Origin: Candidatus Zixiibacteriota bacterium
GTDB lineage: Bacteria; Zixibacteria; MSB-5A5; RBG-16-43-9
Reading direction: 5' to 3'
DNA length: 64,000 bases
NCBI GenBank assembly: GCA_030692925.1
Contig: JAUYBY010000023.1
Location: 22,612 to 86,611 of the forward strand
The notes beneath the pieces were generated by a model. The model saw nothing but the letters and a program-made list of their open reading frames with translations, did no database searches and was not told the DNA's origin. Each line of letters opens with the position of its first letter. Position 1 is the first letter of the stretch. Position numbers and translations under genes: made by a program. Shown here piece after piece: positions 37,832 to 47,883 of this stretch.

Positions 37832-38564
37832 AATGGTGGGAGAAATTTTTCGACGAATATTATCCAGAGGTCTATTCTCACTTAGAGGATTTGACTTCCA
37901 GGGAAGTCGATGGGGTGGTAAAGGTTTTAGGACTTAAGCCAAAAAAGAAGATTTTAGACTTATGTTGCGGATACGGCAGGCATTGTCTGGAGCTTGCCCG
38001 CAGAGGGTTCAGAGTCACCGGTTATGATTTTTCCTCCTATTTCATAGAGAGAGCCAGAAAAGAGGCAGACTCCTTGAAGCTTAAGGCGAAGTTTATTCGA
38101 GGGGATATGAGGAAGCTTCCTTTCAAATCGGAATTCGATGCGGTCATAAATATGTATACTTCTTTTGGTTATTTTCAGAATGAAAAAGAAGATTTACAGG
38201 TTCTGAAAGGGATAAATAAAGCCTTAAAAGAGGAGGTATATTCCTTCTGGATACCATCAATCGAGAATTTGTGTTAAAAAGTCTTCAGAGGAGAAGATGG
38301 TATCCCAGGAAGGGCTTTTTTGCTTTAGAGGAAATCATCTTCGATCCTTTTACCAGCCGGATGGAAAATACCCGCACTTTAGTTTTCGAAAACCAGCCCA
38401 AAAGGGAATATTTTTTCTCAGTCCGTCTTTACACTCTCACCGAGATGATCTCGAACTTGAAGAAAACAGGTTTTACAACTGAACAGATTTTCGGGGACTT
38501 CGATCTGACAGAATACTCCTTGCAGAGTCCCCGCATGATAATCCTTGCCAAGAAGGTAAGTTAA
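37828..38564 (+). pseudogene. Class I SAM methyltransferase interrupted by a -1 frameshift in an A4 run near 38228-38231
   Basis: ORFs 37828..38277 and 38271..38564 are the two halves. Frame +2 continues ...SLKRGGIFLLDTINREFVLKSLQRRRWY, and inserting one A in TTAAAAG restores a single 245-aa ORF. Confidence 0.7.
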
Positions 38565-38611
38565 AAGGTATTTTCTCACCAATTGTTTCTTCAATTTGAC
38601 GTTTTTAATTA

Positions 38612-41600
38612 TTGGATTTCAAGAAAAGAGATCAGATGATGTCTACCTCAACGCTTTTGGATCTGGCAAACAGGTCTGATGGTTTTTCGATCCTGAGCGA
38701 GAAGATTGCAGAAGGGAAAAAGCGTATAGTTTTATCCGGGCTGATCGGGTCAGGGAAATCTTTTCTTTTAGCTCACCTGAAGGAGAAACTTCAGGTTCCG
38801 ATTCTGGTCCTGACCTATCATCCGGATGAGGCTACAAAGCTTTTTGAGGACCTGCAATCCTTCTTGGGAGAAAATGAGGTTTCGTTTTTCCCCTCAAGGG
38901 AGATTCTGCCCTATGAGCTGGAAGTCCCTTACTCTGAGGTACTGGGTGCCAGGCTCTCCTGCTTATATGATCTTTTGTTCCAGAGAAAAAAGGTGGTGGT
39001 GACCCATATCCGGGCAATTCTGGAAAAGACCATCCCTCCGGCTGAGCTGAAAAGTAAAATCATCCAACTGAAGGTCGGACAGGAGCTGGAGATAGACGAT
39101 CTGGTGCAGAGTATTTTAGGCTTGGGCTTCAAAAGAACCCCCCAGGTAGAAGAGGTGGGCACTTATAGCCAGAGAGGAGGGATTTTAGACCTTTTCCCTT
39201 ATACTTCAGAGAATCCTCTAAGGATAGAGTTCTTCGGCAATCAAATCGAATCGATAAGGGAGTTTTCGGTTTTTAACCAGAGGACTATCACCAAAAAAGA
39301 TGAGGTTATAATCTTACCTAAAAGGGAGTTTCATCTAAGGGACGAAGAGCTGGAAAAATACCTAAGAGGGCTGGAGGATAAGGAAGCTCAAAACTTAAGG
39401 AATAGGATTAACCTCTATCAGGAGATCCCGGGTTTAGAATGGATGGCACCCCTTTTCAGACTTCCTCAGGGTGAGCTGCTCGATTACCTACCAGAAGAAA
39501 CTCTCTGTTTTTTGGATGAGCCGGAGTTAATCCAAAGGAAAATAGGGCAGATCTGGGAAGAAGCAGAAGAAAGGTATCAGGAGGCAGACTCAAAAGGGGA
39601 ATTGGTTCCGAAACCGGGTGCTTTTCTGAGAGGAGTAACTTCATTTGAAAACCGGATAAAGAAGTTCCAGCATCTGGAAAATCATTACTTGAAAAAGGAG
39701 AATCTGGATTTCGATTTTGGGATGACTGAACCGGAAAGTCTGATCTCAGATTTTAGCCGGTTGAAGAAGACTTTAGAAAAAGAGGAGAATAGAGGAAGAA
39801 GAATCTATATAACCTGTGAGAATTCAGGTCAGAGGGAAAGATTAGAAGAGCTTATGGAAAAGGATGCAGAAAAGGTCATCTTCTTGTTACTTAACTTGAG
39901 CTCAGGTTTTGTCTTCCCGGAACTGGATTTAGCAGTCCTTCCAGAACATCAGCTTTTCAGGCGCTATTTCAGAAGAAGAAAGAAAAGAAGATTTAAAGAA
40001 GGTCTGCCGCTTTCAGCTTATACCAGCCTTTCTTCAGGTGATTTTGTTGTGCATATCGATTTCGGCATAGGGAAGTATGCCGGGCTGGAGACTCTTTCAA
40101 TAGATGAAAAGAAGAGAGATTGCCTGCTTCTTTTATATAAGGACGGAGATAAGCTATATGTCCCGGTGGAGGAATTTAACCGGATCCAGAAATATATTGG
40201 AAAAGATGGTGAGCCGAACCTTTCTAAATTAGGCTCGCCTTCCTGGGAGAAGACCAAAGAAAAGACCAAGCAAGCCCTGAAAGAAATGGCAGAAGAGCTT
40301 ATCCAGCTTTATGCAGAGAGGAAAGCAAAACCAGGATATTCTTTTTCACCTGACACCTCCTGGCAGAAAGAGTTAGAATCGTCCTTCATCTACGAGGAGA
40401 CCCCTGACCAGATAGAGGCTATAGAAGCTATCAAGAAAGATATGGAAAAACCTGTGCCTATGGATCGTCTGGTGTGTGGAGATGTAGGTTATGGGAAGAC
40501 TGAAGTTGCCTTAAGAGCAGCATTCAAATGCGTGATGGACGGGAAACAGGCAGCAGTGCTTGTTCCCACCACGATTTTAGCTCAACAGCACCATACCACT
40601 TTCACCGAGAGGTTAAAAGATTACCCGGTTCAAATTGAAGTCTTATCCCGTTTTAAGTCGCCTAAAGAGCAAAAAGAGATAATCGAATTGGTTGAAAAGG
40701 GGAAAATCGACATTGTCGTTGGTACACACCGGCTCCTGCAAAAAGACATCCAGTTTAAAGATTTGGGACTCCTGATAATCGATGAAGAGCAAAGGTTCGG
40801 AGTTGCCCATAAAGAGAAGCTCAAAAAGTTTAAGAAATCAGTAGATGTCTTGACCCTGACAGCCACTCCTATTCCCCGGACTTTGCAGCTTTCCTTATTA
40901 GGGGCTAAAGATATGTCCATAATCAACACGCCGCCCAAGGACAGACTGCCGATCCAGACCCAGATTTCTCCTTTTGACAAGGAGTTGATAGCAGAGGCGA
41001 TCTTAAGGGAGGCTGATCGGGGCGGGCAGGTCTATTTTGTGCATAATCGGGTTGAGTCGATCAATTCCATTTATAATTTATTAAGAAAACTACTTCCTGA
41101 TCTTAGGCTGGCAGTAGCCCATGGCCAGATGGAGGAAAAGGTCTTGGAGAAGATCATGTTGCAATTTTTGGAGGGGAAATACGATTGTCTACTCTGCACC
41201 AATATCATCGAGTCCGGCCTGGATCTGCCCAATGTCAATACGATCCTGATCAACCGGGCTGATAGATTCGGATTGGCTGAACTTTACCAGTTAAAAGGAA
41301 GAGTAGGCAGGTCCAACCGTAAAGCTTATGCTTATCTTTTAGTCCCGGATTTCGGGGACCTGACCCCCCAAGCCCGGAAAAGACTTTCTGCTATTCAGCA
41401 GTATACCCAGTTAGGCTCAGGCTTCTATTTAGCTTTAAGAGACCTGGAGATCAGAGGAGCAGGAAACATTTTAGGTCCCCAGCAGCACGGTTTCATAGAG
41501 GAGATCGGTTTTGACCTGTACTGCCAGCTTTTAGAAGAGGCGGTAAGGGAGATAAAAGGAGAAGAAATCAAGAAAGTCAAAGCGACGAAATTAGAGATAG

Positions 41601-42010
41601 ATTTAGATCTTTTCATTCCCCAGCAGTATATAGAAGATAGCCAGCAGAGGATGGAGATCTATAAAAAGCTCTCAGAGGTCAAAAGGAACGAGGATATCGA
41701 GGAGTTGAAGATAGAACTTAGGGACAGGTTCGGGTCTATGCCTAGAGAAGCAGAAGAGCTTCTGGAGGTATCGGAGATTAAACTCTTATGTCAGGCAAAG
41801 GAGATCTCCAAGCTTACCTTGAGAGGGGATCGGTTGAAGATAGAATTCGATCAAAGCAAAAAGGTGGGGAAAGAAGAGATCAGGAAATACCGGGAAGGAC
41901 TTACTTACCCGATGGAGTTTTTCGCGGATGAGAATTTGAAAATGGAACTATCTTTAAATTCGACCGAAAATCGCCTGGAGCAGACAAAAAAGGTCTTGCA
42001 AAAATTATAG
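38612..42010 (+). CDS. mfd: Transcription-repair coupling factor Mfd
   Basis: 1132 aa; UvrB-homology N-terminus, RNAP-interaction domain, SF2 helicase motifs (GDVGYGKTEVA, DEEQRFG) and TRCF C-terminal domain. Confidence 0.95.
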   Translation: MDFKKRDQMMSTSTLLDLANRSDGFSILSEKIAEGKKRIVLSGLIGSGKSFLLAHLKEKLQVPILVLTYHPDEATKLFEDLQSFLGENEVSFFPSREILPYELEVPYSEVLGARLSCLYDLLFQRKKVVVTHIRAILEKTIPPAELKSKIIQLKVGQELEIDDLVQSILGLGFKRTPQVEEVGTYSQRGGILDLFPYTSENPLRIEFFGNQIESIREFSVFNQRTITKKDEVIILPKREFHLRDEELEKYLRGLEDKEAQNLRNRINLYQEIPGLEWMAPLFRLPQGELLDYLPEETLCFLDEPELIQRKIGQIWEEAEERYQEADSKGELVPKPGAFLRGVTSFENRIKKFQHLENHYLKKENLDFDFGMTEPESLISDFSRLKKTLEKEENRGRRIYITCENSGQRERLEELMEKDAEKVIFLLLNLSSGFVFPELDLAVLPEHQLFRRYFRRRKKRRFKEGLPLSAYTSLSSGDFVVHIDFGIGKYAGLETLSIDEKKRDCLLLLYKDGDKLYVPVEEFNRIQKYIGKDGEPNLSKLGSPSWEKTKEKTKQALKEMAEELIQLYAERKAKPGYSFSPDTSWQKELESSFIYEETPDQIEAIEAIKKDMEKPVPMDRLVCGDVGYGKTEVALRAAFKCVMDGKQAAVLVPTTILAQQHHTTFTERLKDYPVQIEVLSRFKSPKEQKEIIELVEKGKIDIVVGTHRLLQKDIQFKDLGLLIIDEEQRFGVAHKEKLKKFKKSVDVLTLTATPIPRTLQLSLLGAKDMSIINTPPKDRLPIQTQISPFDKELIAEAILREADRGGQVYFVHNRVESINSIYNLLRKLLPDLRLAVAHGQMEEKVLEKIMLQFLEGKYDCLLCTNIIESGLDLPNVNTILINRADRFGLAELYQLKGRVGRSNRKAYAYLLVPDFGDLTPQARKRLSAIQQYTQLGSGFYLALRDLEIRGAGNILGPQQHGFIEEIGFDLYCQLLEEAVREIKGEEIKKVKATKLEIDLDLFIPQQYIEDSQQRMEIYKKLSEVKRNEDIEELKIELRDRFGSMPREAEELLEVSEIKLLCQAKEISKLTLRGDRLKIEFDQSKKVGKEEIRKYREGLTYPMEFFADENLKMELSLNSTENRLEQTKKVLQKL

Positions 42011-42067
42011 AATAATTTATATTAACGGTTTAAATGAATCGAACTTAACCCTAATAAGGAGGAATCG

Positions 42068-43822
42068 GTGAGAAAGAGAATTGCAATATTAGCCCTGGTG
42101 GTACTTGGGCTGGTCTCTGGGAGCGGTTGTGAATCAAAACAAGACCAGATGGTGGCACAGGTGGGAAAGGATAAAATCACCGTGGGAAGGGTAGCCAATG
42201 ATTTTGTGGCTATGAAAAAGGGGTCGCAGATACAGTTAGAGTCGAATCTCCCCCTGCTGGAACAGGTAAAGCAATTTGTGGACCAGGAGATCGACGGAAA
42301 ACTTCAGATTCAGGCAGCTTATGAAAAAGGTTTTGATAAGGACCCTCAGATAATAAGCCGACTGGATCAGGAAAAGGATAAGCTTCTGTTAAATCAACTT
42401 TTCCAGAAAGAGGTTTTAAGCAAAGCCAAGGTCACGGATAAAGACGTTGAGGATTTCTACAAGAAATTAGGGGAGAGGATCAAAGTAAGACACATTCTGG
42501 TCAAGACAAAAAAAGAGGCTGACCAGATTTACCAGACCCTTAAAGGCGGGGCAAATTTCGACTCCTTAGCCAAGGAGAAATCTATTGATCCAGGCACCAA
42601 AGAAAAGGGTGGTGACCTGGGTTTTATCACCTGGAACGCCTTACTCGGTTTAGGTCCATTTAAAGAGGCGGCTTTCAAGTTAAAACCCAATGAGATTTCC
42701 CATCCGGTCAAGACCATTGCCGGATGGCACGTGATAAAATTAGAGGAGAGAAAAAAAGAGGAGCAAAAACCGTTTGCCGAGGAAAAGGACCGGTTGAAAA
42801 TGAGCCTGCAGATGATGAGGCAGCAGGAGGCAGCCTTAACCTATGTCTACGATCTAATGGAGAAGTCAGATCTTCAGATGGTCAGCCCGACTTTAAAGAA
42901 GTTAGAGGAAAAAGCCAGGGAGTTAGCTGCCAAAGATACCCTGCAGACACAACCTCAGATGGCAAATATCGACCCCGGTCAGCTCACAGAAGAGGAGAGG
43001 TCTTTGCCGGTTCTGAAGTATAAAGGTGGAGTGCTGAAAGTGGATGATTTTCTCCAGTTCTATAATCGTCTGCCTTATTACCAGAGGCCGCCTCTGACGG
43101 ATGAGGATAATCTGAAAAACATGGTTTTCAATTATCTTCTCGCTCAGGAGTTTTTGAAAAAGGAAGCCTTGAAGAAAGGGATAGATAAAAGCAAAGAATA
43201 CAAAGACAGGTTGAATCAAATAAAAGAAGGGGCGATGGCGGATAAATTCAGGAAAGAGGTGATCTGGGAAGACTTAACTGTGGATTCAACTGAGATAGAA
43301 CTTTTCTATGAAAGGAATAAAGATAAATTTATCGCTCCGGCTCAGGCGCACGTCCTGGAGATTATGGTCAAAACCGAAGAGGAGGCTCAAAAGATGTTAA
43401 AACAGCTTCGGGCAGGAGCCGATTTTAAAAAGCTGGCCCAGGAGAATACAATCCGGACCTATGCCAAGAAAAACGGTGGCGACCTCGGATTTATTGCTAA
43501 AAGCAACTACCCGGAGCTTTTCGACGCAGCATTCCAGCTCAAGAAGGGACAGCTTGGTGGTCCGATTCATCTGCTGCAAAGTCCGGTGGGTGAAGGTTAT
43601 TCGGTCATAAAGCTGGTGGAGAAAACTGAACAGAGACAGAAAACCCTAAAGGAAATAGAGCCGGATATGCAGAGTGGTGCCACCTACGAGAAGAGAAATG
43701 CTGTGTATCAACAGTGGTTAGCTCAAGCCCGGGCAAAAACCCAGATCAAAATCGACCAGAGCGGGCTTCAGGCTGTAGTTAAGATGGTGGAAAAGGAGCT
43801 TCCTGAGGAGAAAAAGGGATGA
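42068..43822 (+). CDS. Periplasmic chaperone / peptidyl-prolyl isomerase with two parvulin domains (PpiD/SurA-like)
   Basis: Signal peptide; rotamase motifs VRHILVKTKKEAD and AHVLEIMVKTEEEAQ. Confidence 0.75.
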   Translation: MRKRIAILALVVLGLVSGSGCESKQDQMVAQVGKDKITVGRVANDFVAMKKGSQIQLESNLPLLEQVKQFVDQEIDGKLQIQAAYEKGFDKDPQIISRLDQEKDKLLLNQLFQKEVLSKAKVTDKDVEDFYKKLGERIKVRHILVKTKKEADQIYQTLKGGANFDSLAKEKSIDPGTKEKGGDLGFITWNALLGLGPFKEAAFKLKPNEISHPVKTIAGWHVIKLEERKKEEQKPFAEEKDRLKMSLQMMRQQEAALTYVYDLMEKSDLQMVSPTLKKLEEKARELAAKDTLQTQPQMANIDPGQLTEEERSLPVLKYKGGVLKVDDFLQFYNRLPYYQRPPLTDEDNLKNMVFNYLLAQEFLKKEALKKGIDKSKEYKDRLNQIKEGAMADKFRKEVIWEDLTVDSTEIELFYERNKDKFIAPAQAHVLEIMVKTEEEAQKMLKQLRAGADFKKLAQENTIRTYAKKNGGDLGFIAKSNYPELFDAAFQLKKGQLGGPIHLLQSPVGEGYSVIKLVEKTEQRQKTLKEIEPDMQSGATYEKRNAVYQQWLAQARAKTQIKIDQSGLQAVVKMVEKELPEEKKG

Positions 43823-44667
43823 GAACTTACCTTCTACTGATATTCTCCGTCTGGCTCTTGAGCATTCCCGGATGCAAGAGCTCAAACCGGGTTCAAGCAG
43901 GGAAAGTTCTGGCTAAAGTGAACGGAGAGGAGTTAACTGAGGAGGAGATGAGAGCTGAGCTTTCCTTAGCCTATGGAGACAGCATCCTTCCTGGAGCTAA
44001 GCTGGACTACTTGAATCGCTGGATTGATAATCAGCTTTTATATGAGGAGGCAAAAAGAAAAGGACTGGAGAAACTTCCCCAGGTGAAGATGAGGGCCAGG
44101 CAGGCAGCCAGGGACATAACGGTCTTAAGCTTGTTAAATGATCAGATAGCAAAAAATATTCAGGTCTCCGAGGATGAGGCCAGAAGGTTTTATGTTCAGA
44201 ATAAAGATTTTTTCAAAAGGGAGCAAGAGGAAGTCAGGGCCAGCCATATCCTTTTCTCCAGCCAGGCTCAGGCGGATTCAGCTTCTGCCCGTTTGAAAAA
44301 AGGTGAGGATTTCAAGCTTTTAGCCCGGGAATTGTCCTTAGACTTACTCACCAGAAATACCGGGGGAGATATCGGTTATTTCAGTCTCTCCAATACGGAC
44401 CCGGTCGTAGCCAGGGTCGCTTCTGGCCTTCAAACCGGGATGGTCTCCCCACCTTTCAAGACCGCAATGGGCTACCACATCCTGAAGGTCACAGACAGAA
44501 AACCGAAGGGAAGCATCCGGGATTTCAAGGAGGTCAAAGCAACCCTGATGAACCAGCTGCTTCAGGAGAAAAGAAACCAGGCAATCTCCAGCCTGTTGGG
44601 GGAATTGAAGAAAAAAGCAAAGATAGAGAAATTCGGGTGGGCAACAGATTCCCAGGTCACCCGGTAG
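43819..44667 (+). CDS. Parvulin-type PPIase (PrsA/SurA-like), single rotamase domain
   Basis: ASHILFSSQAQADSA...GGDIGYF...MGYHILKV. Confidence 0.7.
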   Translation: MRTYLLLIFSVWLLSIPGCKSSNRVQAGKVLAKVNGEELTEEEMRAELSLAYGDSILPGAKLDYLNRWIDNQLLYEEAKRKGLEKLPQVKMRARQAARDITVLSLLNDQIAKNIQVSEDEARRFYVQNKDFFKREQEEVRASHILFSSQAQADSASARLKKGEDFKLLARELSLDLLTRNTGGDIGYFSLSNTDPVVARVASGLQTGMVSPPFKTAMGYHILKVTDRKPKGSIRDFKEVKATLMNQLLQEKRNQAISSLLGELKKKAKIEKFGWATDSQVTR

Positions 44668-44682
44668 GAGCTCTCAAAAAAA

Positions 44683-45972
44683 ATGAAGATAATAAAGAGT
44701 CTCTTTTTCCTTGGCTTGTTCCTGCTTTCGTTCCCCCTGCCTGTTCTGGCTCAGGATACTTTAGATTATGTTGTGGCTGTAGTGGGGAAAGAGATCATCT
44801 TAAATTCAGAACTTAAGCTTCAATTGGAAATCTATCTGACCCAGACCGGTCAGAAGATCAGCTCTGCGCAGGAATTAGACCAACTGAAAAAAAGTCTGCT
44901 GGACCAGATGATAAACGACCGGCTTCTTCTGATCCAGGCGCAAAAGGATACGCTTTTGAAAGTTAGCGATAAGGAGATAGATCAGACCCTGGAAAGCCAG
45001 TTAAGCAAGATCAAAAGCCAGTTCCCCAATGAGGAAGCCTTCCAGAGGGAGCTGAAAGCTGAGGGGCTTACCGAAGCCGAATTCAGAAGAACGTATCGGG
45101 GGCAATTCCAGGAGCAGCTTTTAAGGGACAAGCTGATCTCGTCCAGGCTATCCAAGGTGAATATCTCCTCACGCGAGGTCAAGGAATTCTACGATATCTT
45201 TAAGGACAGTCTGCCTGAACAGTCAGAGTCTGCCAAATTGAGCCAGATTTTTTTGAAAATAGAGCCCAGTCAGAATACCAAAGATTCCCTGAAGAGTTTT
45301 GCCCAGACTCTTGCACAAAAGGCTAAAGAGGGGGAGGATTTTTCTGAGCTGGCAAGAAAATACTCTGAAGATCCTAGCTCTAAAGAGGGTGGGGATTTAG
45401 GTTTTCTGAAAAAAGGGGAAATACTGCCGGAATTTGAGGAGAAGGCGTTTTCCTTAAATCCGGGCGAGATAAGCGATGTGGTGCAGACACCTCTGGGTTT
45501 TCACATAATCAAGTTAGATGAAAAAAAGGATGACCAGATACATGTTCATCATATCCTGATCAAAATCCAGCCCTCCCCGGCTGATTCGTCCCGGGTTTTG
45601 AGTCTGGCTGATTCCTTATATCAGGGACTTAAAAACAGGGCCGATTTTGTCCAGATGGTCAAAGATTATTCTCAGGATGAGGACTCCAAGAAAAAAGGAG
45701 GAGAACTGGACTGGTTACCTTTGGCCCAGCTCCCTCCAGAGTTAAAGGATAAGATCTCCCAGGCAGAGATCGGTCAGATAATCCCCCCTGTCACTGCCGA
45801 GGACGGCGTGTATGTCCTCAAGGTGCTGGACAAGAAAAAGCAGAGGAAGTTGAGCCTGGAGGAGGACTACGATACTATCAAGGAGATGGCCAAGAGAAAA
45901 AAGGCAAGCAATGAGATTATGAAATGGATAGATACTCTTAAAGAGAGGACTTACGTGGAGGTGAGGATATAA
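44683..45972 (+). CDS. SurA-like chaperone with two parvulin domains
   Basis: N-terminal SurA_N-like region; rotamase motifs SQIFLKIEPS and HHILIKIQPS. Confidence 0.75.
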   Translation: MKIIKSLFFLGLFLLSFPLPVLAQDTLDYVVAVVGKEIILNSELKLQLEIYLTQTGQKISSAQELDQLKKSLLDQMINDRLLLIQAQKDTLLKVSDKEIDQTLESQLSKIKSQFPNEEAFQRELKAEGLTEAEFRRTYRGQFQEQLLRDKLISSRLSKVNISSREVKEFYDIFKDSLPEQSESAKLSQIFLKIEPSQNTKDSLKSFAQTLAQKAKEGEDFSELARKYSEDPSSKEGGDLGFLKKGEILPEFEEKAFSLNPGEISDVVQTPLGFHIIKLDEKKDDQIHVHHILIKIQPSPADSSRVLSLADSLYQGLKNRADFVQMVKDYSQDEDSKKKGGELDWLPLAQLPPELKDKISQAEIGQIIPPVTAEDGVYVLKVLDKKKQRKLSLEEDYDTIKEMAKRKKASNEIMKWIDTLKERTYVEVRI

Positions 45973-45979
45973 ATTAAAC

Positions 45980-46255
45980 TTGCGTATAGACCAGTTTCTT
46001 TCTGAAGCCCGGCTGATAAAGAGAAGAACTCAGGCGAAATTAGCCTGCGATAAGGGTCTTGTTTTTTTGGACGGGATTAAGGCTAAGCCGGGAAAAGAGG
46101 TTAAACCCGGGCAGAGGATAGTTCTGAACCTAACTCAGAGAAAGATTGAACTGGAGATCTTAAAGCTTCCCTCAAAGAACTTGAGAAAAGAGGAGGCAAA
46201 AGAACTATACCGGGTAATATCAGAGGAAATAAAAAAGGAAAATCTTTTCGAATAG
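45980..46255 (+). CDS. S4-domain RNA-binding protein (Hsp15/YabO-like)
   Basis: MRIDQFLSEARLIKRRTQA...DGIKAKPG S4 fold; same mfd-neighbour position as B. subtilis yabO. Confidence 0.7.
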   Translation: MRIDQFLSEARLIKRRTQAKLACDKGLVFLDGIKAKPGKEVKPGQRIVLNLTQRKIELEILKLPSKNLRKEEAKELYRVISEEIKKENLFE

Positions 46256-46341
46256 AAAAGGAGCCTATTTTTGGTAACCGTAGAAATAAAGACTAAAGAG
46301 TAACGCAACCTGAAGGTTGTGGCTACCCTTTCAAAATCAGT

Positions 46342-46376
46342 AAACCCACGTTGCCCTCAACGTGGGTTTATTCTTT
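46342..46376 (+). terminator. Intrinsic terminator (AAACCCACGTTG-ccctc-AACGTGGGTTT + ATTCTTT)
   Basis: 11-bp stem with a U-rich tail after the S4 gene. Confidence 0.7.
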
Positions 46377-46502
46377 AAAATATGGTAAATTAAAAAGTAT
46401 AGATAGAACATCTGTCCTTTTTTATTGAGGAAAACTATTCTCCAGCCGATAATAGTATTAAATTAAGTTTTACTCGATCATTTTGGGAGGGATGGGCAGT
46501 AT

Positions 46503-46883
46503 ATGAGCCATGGTTTTAAAAACAAGAAAGTTCTGATCGTAGAAGATAATCCCAATATGTCCAGTCTTCTGGCGGATATCCTGTTGCAATGTTTTGACCT
46601 CAAGAGTGAAAAAGCAAAAGATGGACAGGAGGCTTTAGATATTTTAAAAGACGAGGCCTTTGACCTGGTGATAACTGATTTGATGATGCCTAAGATAGAT
46701 GGGAAAGAACTCTTAAAGACTGTGAAGCAGAATTTCCCTAAACTTCCAGTGGTTCTTATAACCGGCTACGAAGCAGAATTTAATCCGGAAGAGGAACCCA
46801 GACCTGACGGATTTCTGCTGAAGCCTTTCAAAGTGCAGCAGATTGAGGAGCTTCTAAGGAATCTCCAAAATCCTAAAAGATAG
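46503..46883 (+). CDS. Single-domain CheY-like response regulator
   Basis: VLIVEDNPNM...DLMMPKIDG...KLPVVLITGY. Confidence 0.8.
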   Translation: MSHGFKNKKVLIVEDNPNMSSLLADILLQCFDLKSEKAKDGQEALDILKDEAFDLVITDLMMPKIDGKELLKTVKQNFPKLPVVLITGYEAEFNPEEEPRPDGFLLKPFKVQQIEELLRNLQNPKR

Positions 46884-46911
46884 TTTACTTCAAATCCTCT
46901 AAGATTTTCCG

Positions 46912-46977
46912 GTGCTTGCCAGGTCCCTTGACCTGGTTCGCCATTGGCGAATCGGGTCGGGGGACCTGACGACCACA
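46912..46977. repeat. Double-hairpin element C, copy 2
   Basis: GCCAGGTCCCTTGACCTGG...CGGGTCGGGGGACCTGACGACCACA; flanked by two 45-bp copies (84% identical) of the response-regulator 3' end. Confidence 0.7.
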
Positions 46978-47039
46978 TAAAATTGACGAGCTTCTGAAAA
47001 ATCTTCAAAATCCTAAAAGATAGTAGAATAAGAAATGTT

Positions 47040-47320
47040 TGAAAGGTCTATTTCGCAGGGCTGTTCCGCCTGAAGCATTGTATGTGTGAGTTCTTCGTAT
47101 TCCCCTCCCTTGATGGCCGTTAAAAGCTTTACGGCTCGTAGAGGAGGGGTAAGGGGAGGGTGAATTGTCTTTTTTTGTCTTCCCCCTCACCCTCTCCCAC
47201 AAGCCGATAAAAGCATTACGGTGGCTGCGCCCTTCGCTCCTCGTAGAGGGAAGAGGGAAACTATTTTGTGAGTCCGGCACCTGTGCCCGACTTTTCCCTC
47301 TTTAATTCTTGAGAGATGTC
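47040..47320. repeat. Cluster of GC-rich hairpin repeats (two about 60-nt units CCCCTCCC..GCCGtTAAAAGCtTTACGG..CTCGTAGAGG..GGGGAGGG, plus GTCCGGCACCTGTGCCCGAC)
   Basis: ORF 47005..47280 lies entirely within these repeats and is probably spurious. Confidence 0.6.
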
Positions 47321-47321
47321 C

Positions 47322-47780
47322 TTACTTTAAATCCTCCAAAATCTTTAAAAGCTCGCTGTTTTCCCTCTGCTGGGGGATATCATAAACCTGAACGTACCGA
47401 ACAGTCCCTTCTTTATCTATTATGACCGTTGCCCGGTTGGTTATCCCCAGATCGGAAAGATATAAGCCGTACTTGGAGGCAACTGCTCCTTTTGGGTGAA
47501 AATCAGATAAAAGAGGATATTTGATCTGAAGCTTTTCCGCAAAGGCTTTGTGGGACCAGATATTGTCAACGCTGATTCCAAAGACCTGGGCATTCAGATT
47601 CTCAAATCTTTTCAGGTCGTTGACAAAACAGGTATTCTCCTTTGAACAGACCGGGCTGAAATCCGCCACATAAAAGGCTAAGACGATATTTTTACCTTTG
47701 AAATCTGATAACTTGTATTCCTTATCATCATGCCCCTTCAACATAAAATCCGGAGCTTTCTCACCTGGTTTTATGGGCAT
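47322..47780 (-). CDS. Peroxiredoxin (AhpC/TSA family, Bcp/PrxQ-like)
   Basis: [13 protein letters not shown] peroxidatic-Cys motif; 152 aa. Confidence 0.85.
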   Translation of the reverse strand: MPIKPGEKAPDFMLKGHDDKEYKLSDFKGKNIVLAFYVADFSPVCSKENTCFVNDLKRFENLNAQVFGISVDNIWSHKAFAEKLQIKYPLLSDFHPKGAVASKYGLYLSDLGITNRATVIIDKEGTVRYVQVYDIPQQRENSELLKILEDLK

Positions 47781-47883
47781 TTTTCCCTCCTTTAAATTTT
47801 CTTAGGAGTGCACAATTCTACCGATCCTGGTTCACTCCATTTAGGGCATCCAGAGACTGAGATGTTCTGTCATCTAATAGAGT

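Noticed and set aside
47005-47280. ORF 47005..47280 (-) and ORFs 52270..52458 (+) and 52325..52561 (-)
   Set aside because: They lie entirely within clusters of GC-rich palindromic repeats. Their proteins are low-complexity (P/R/G-rich), with no start context.
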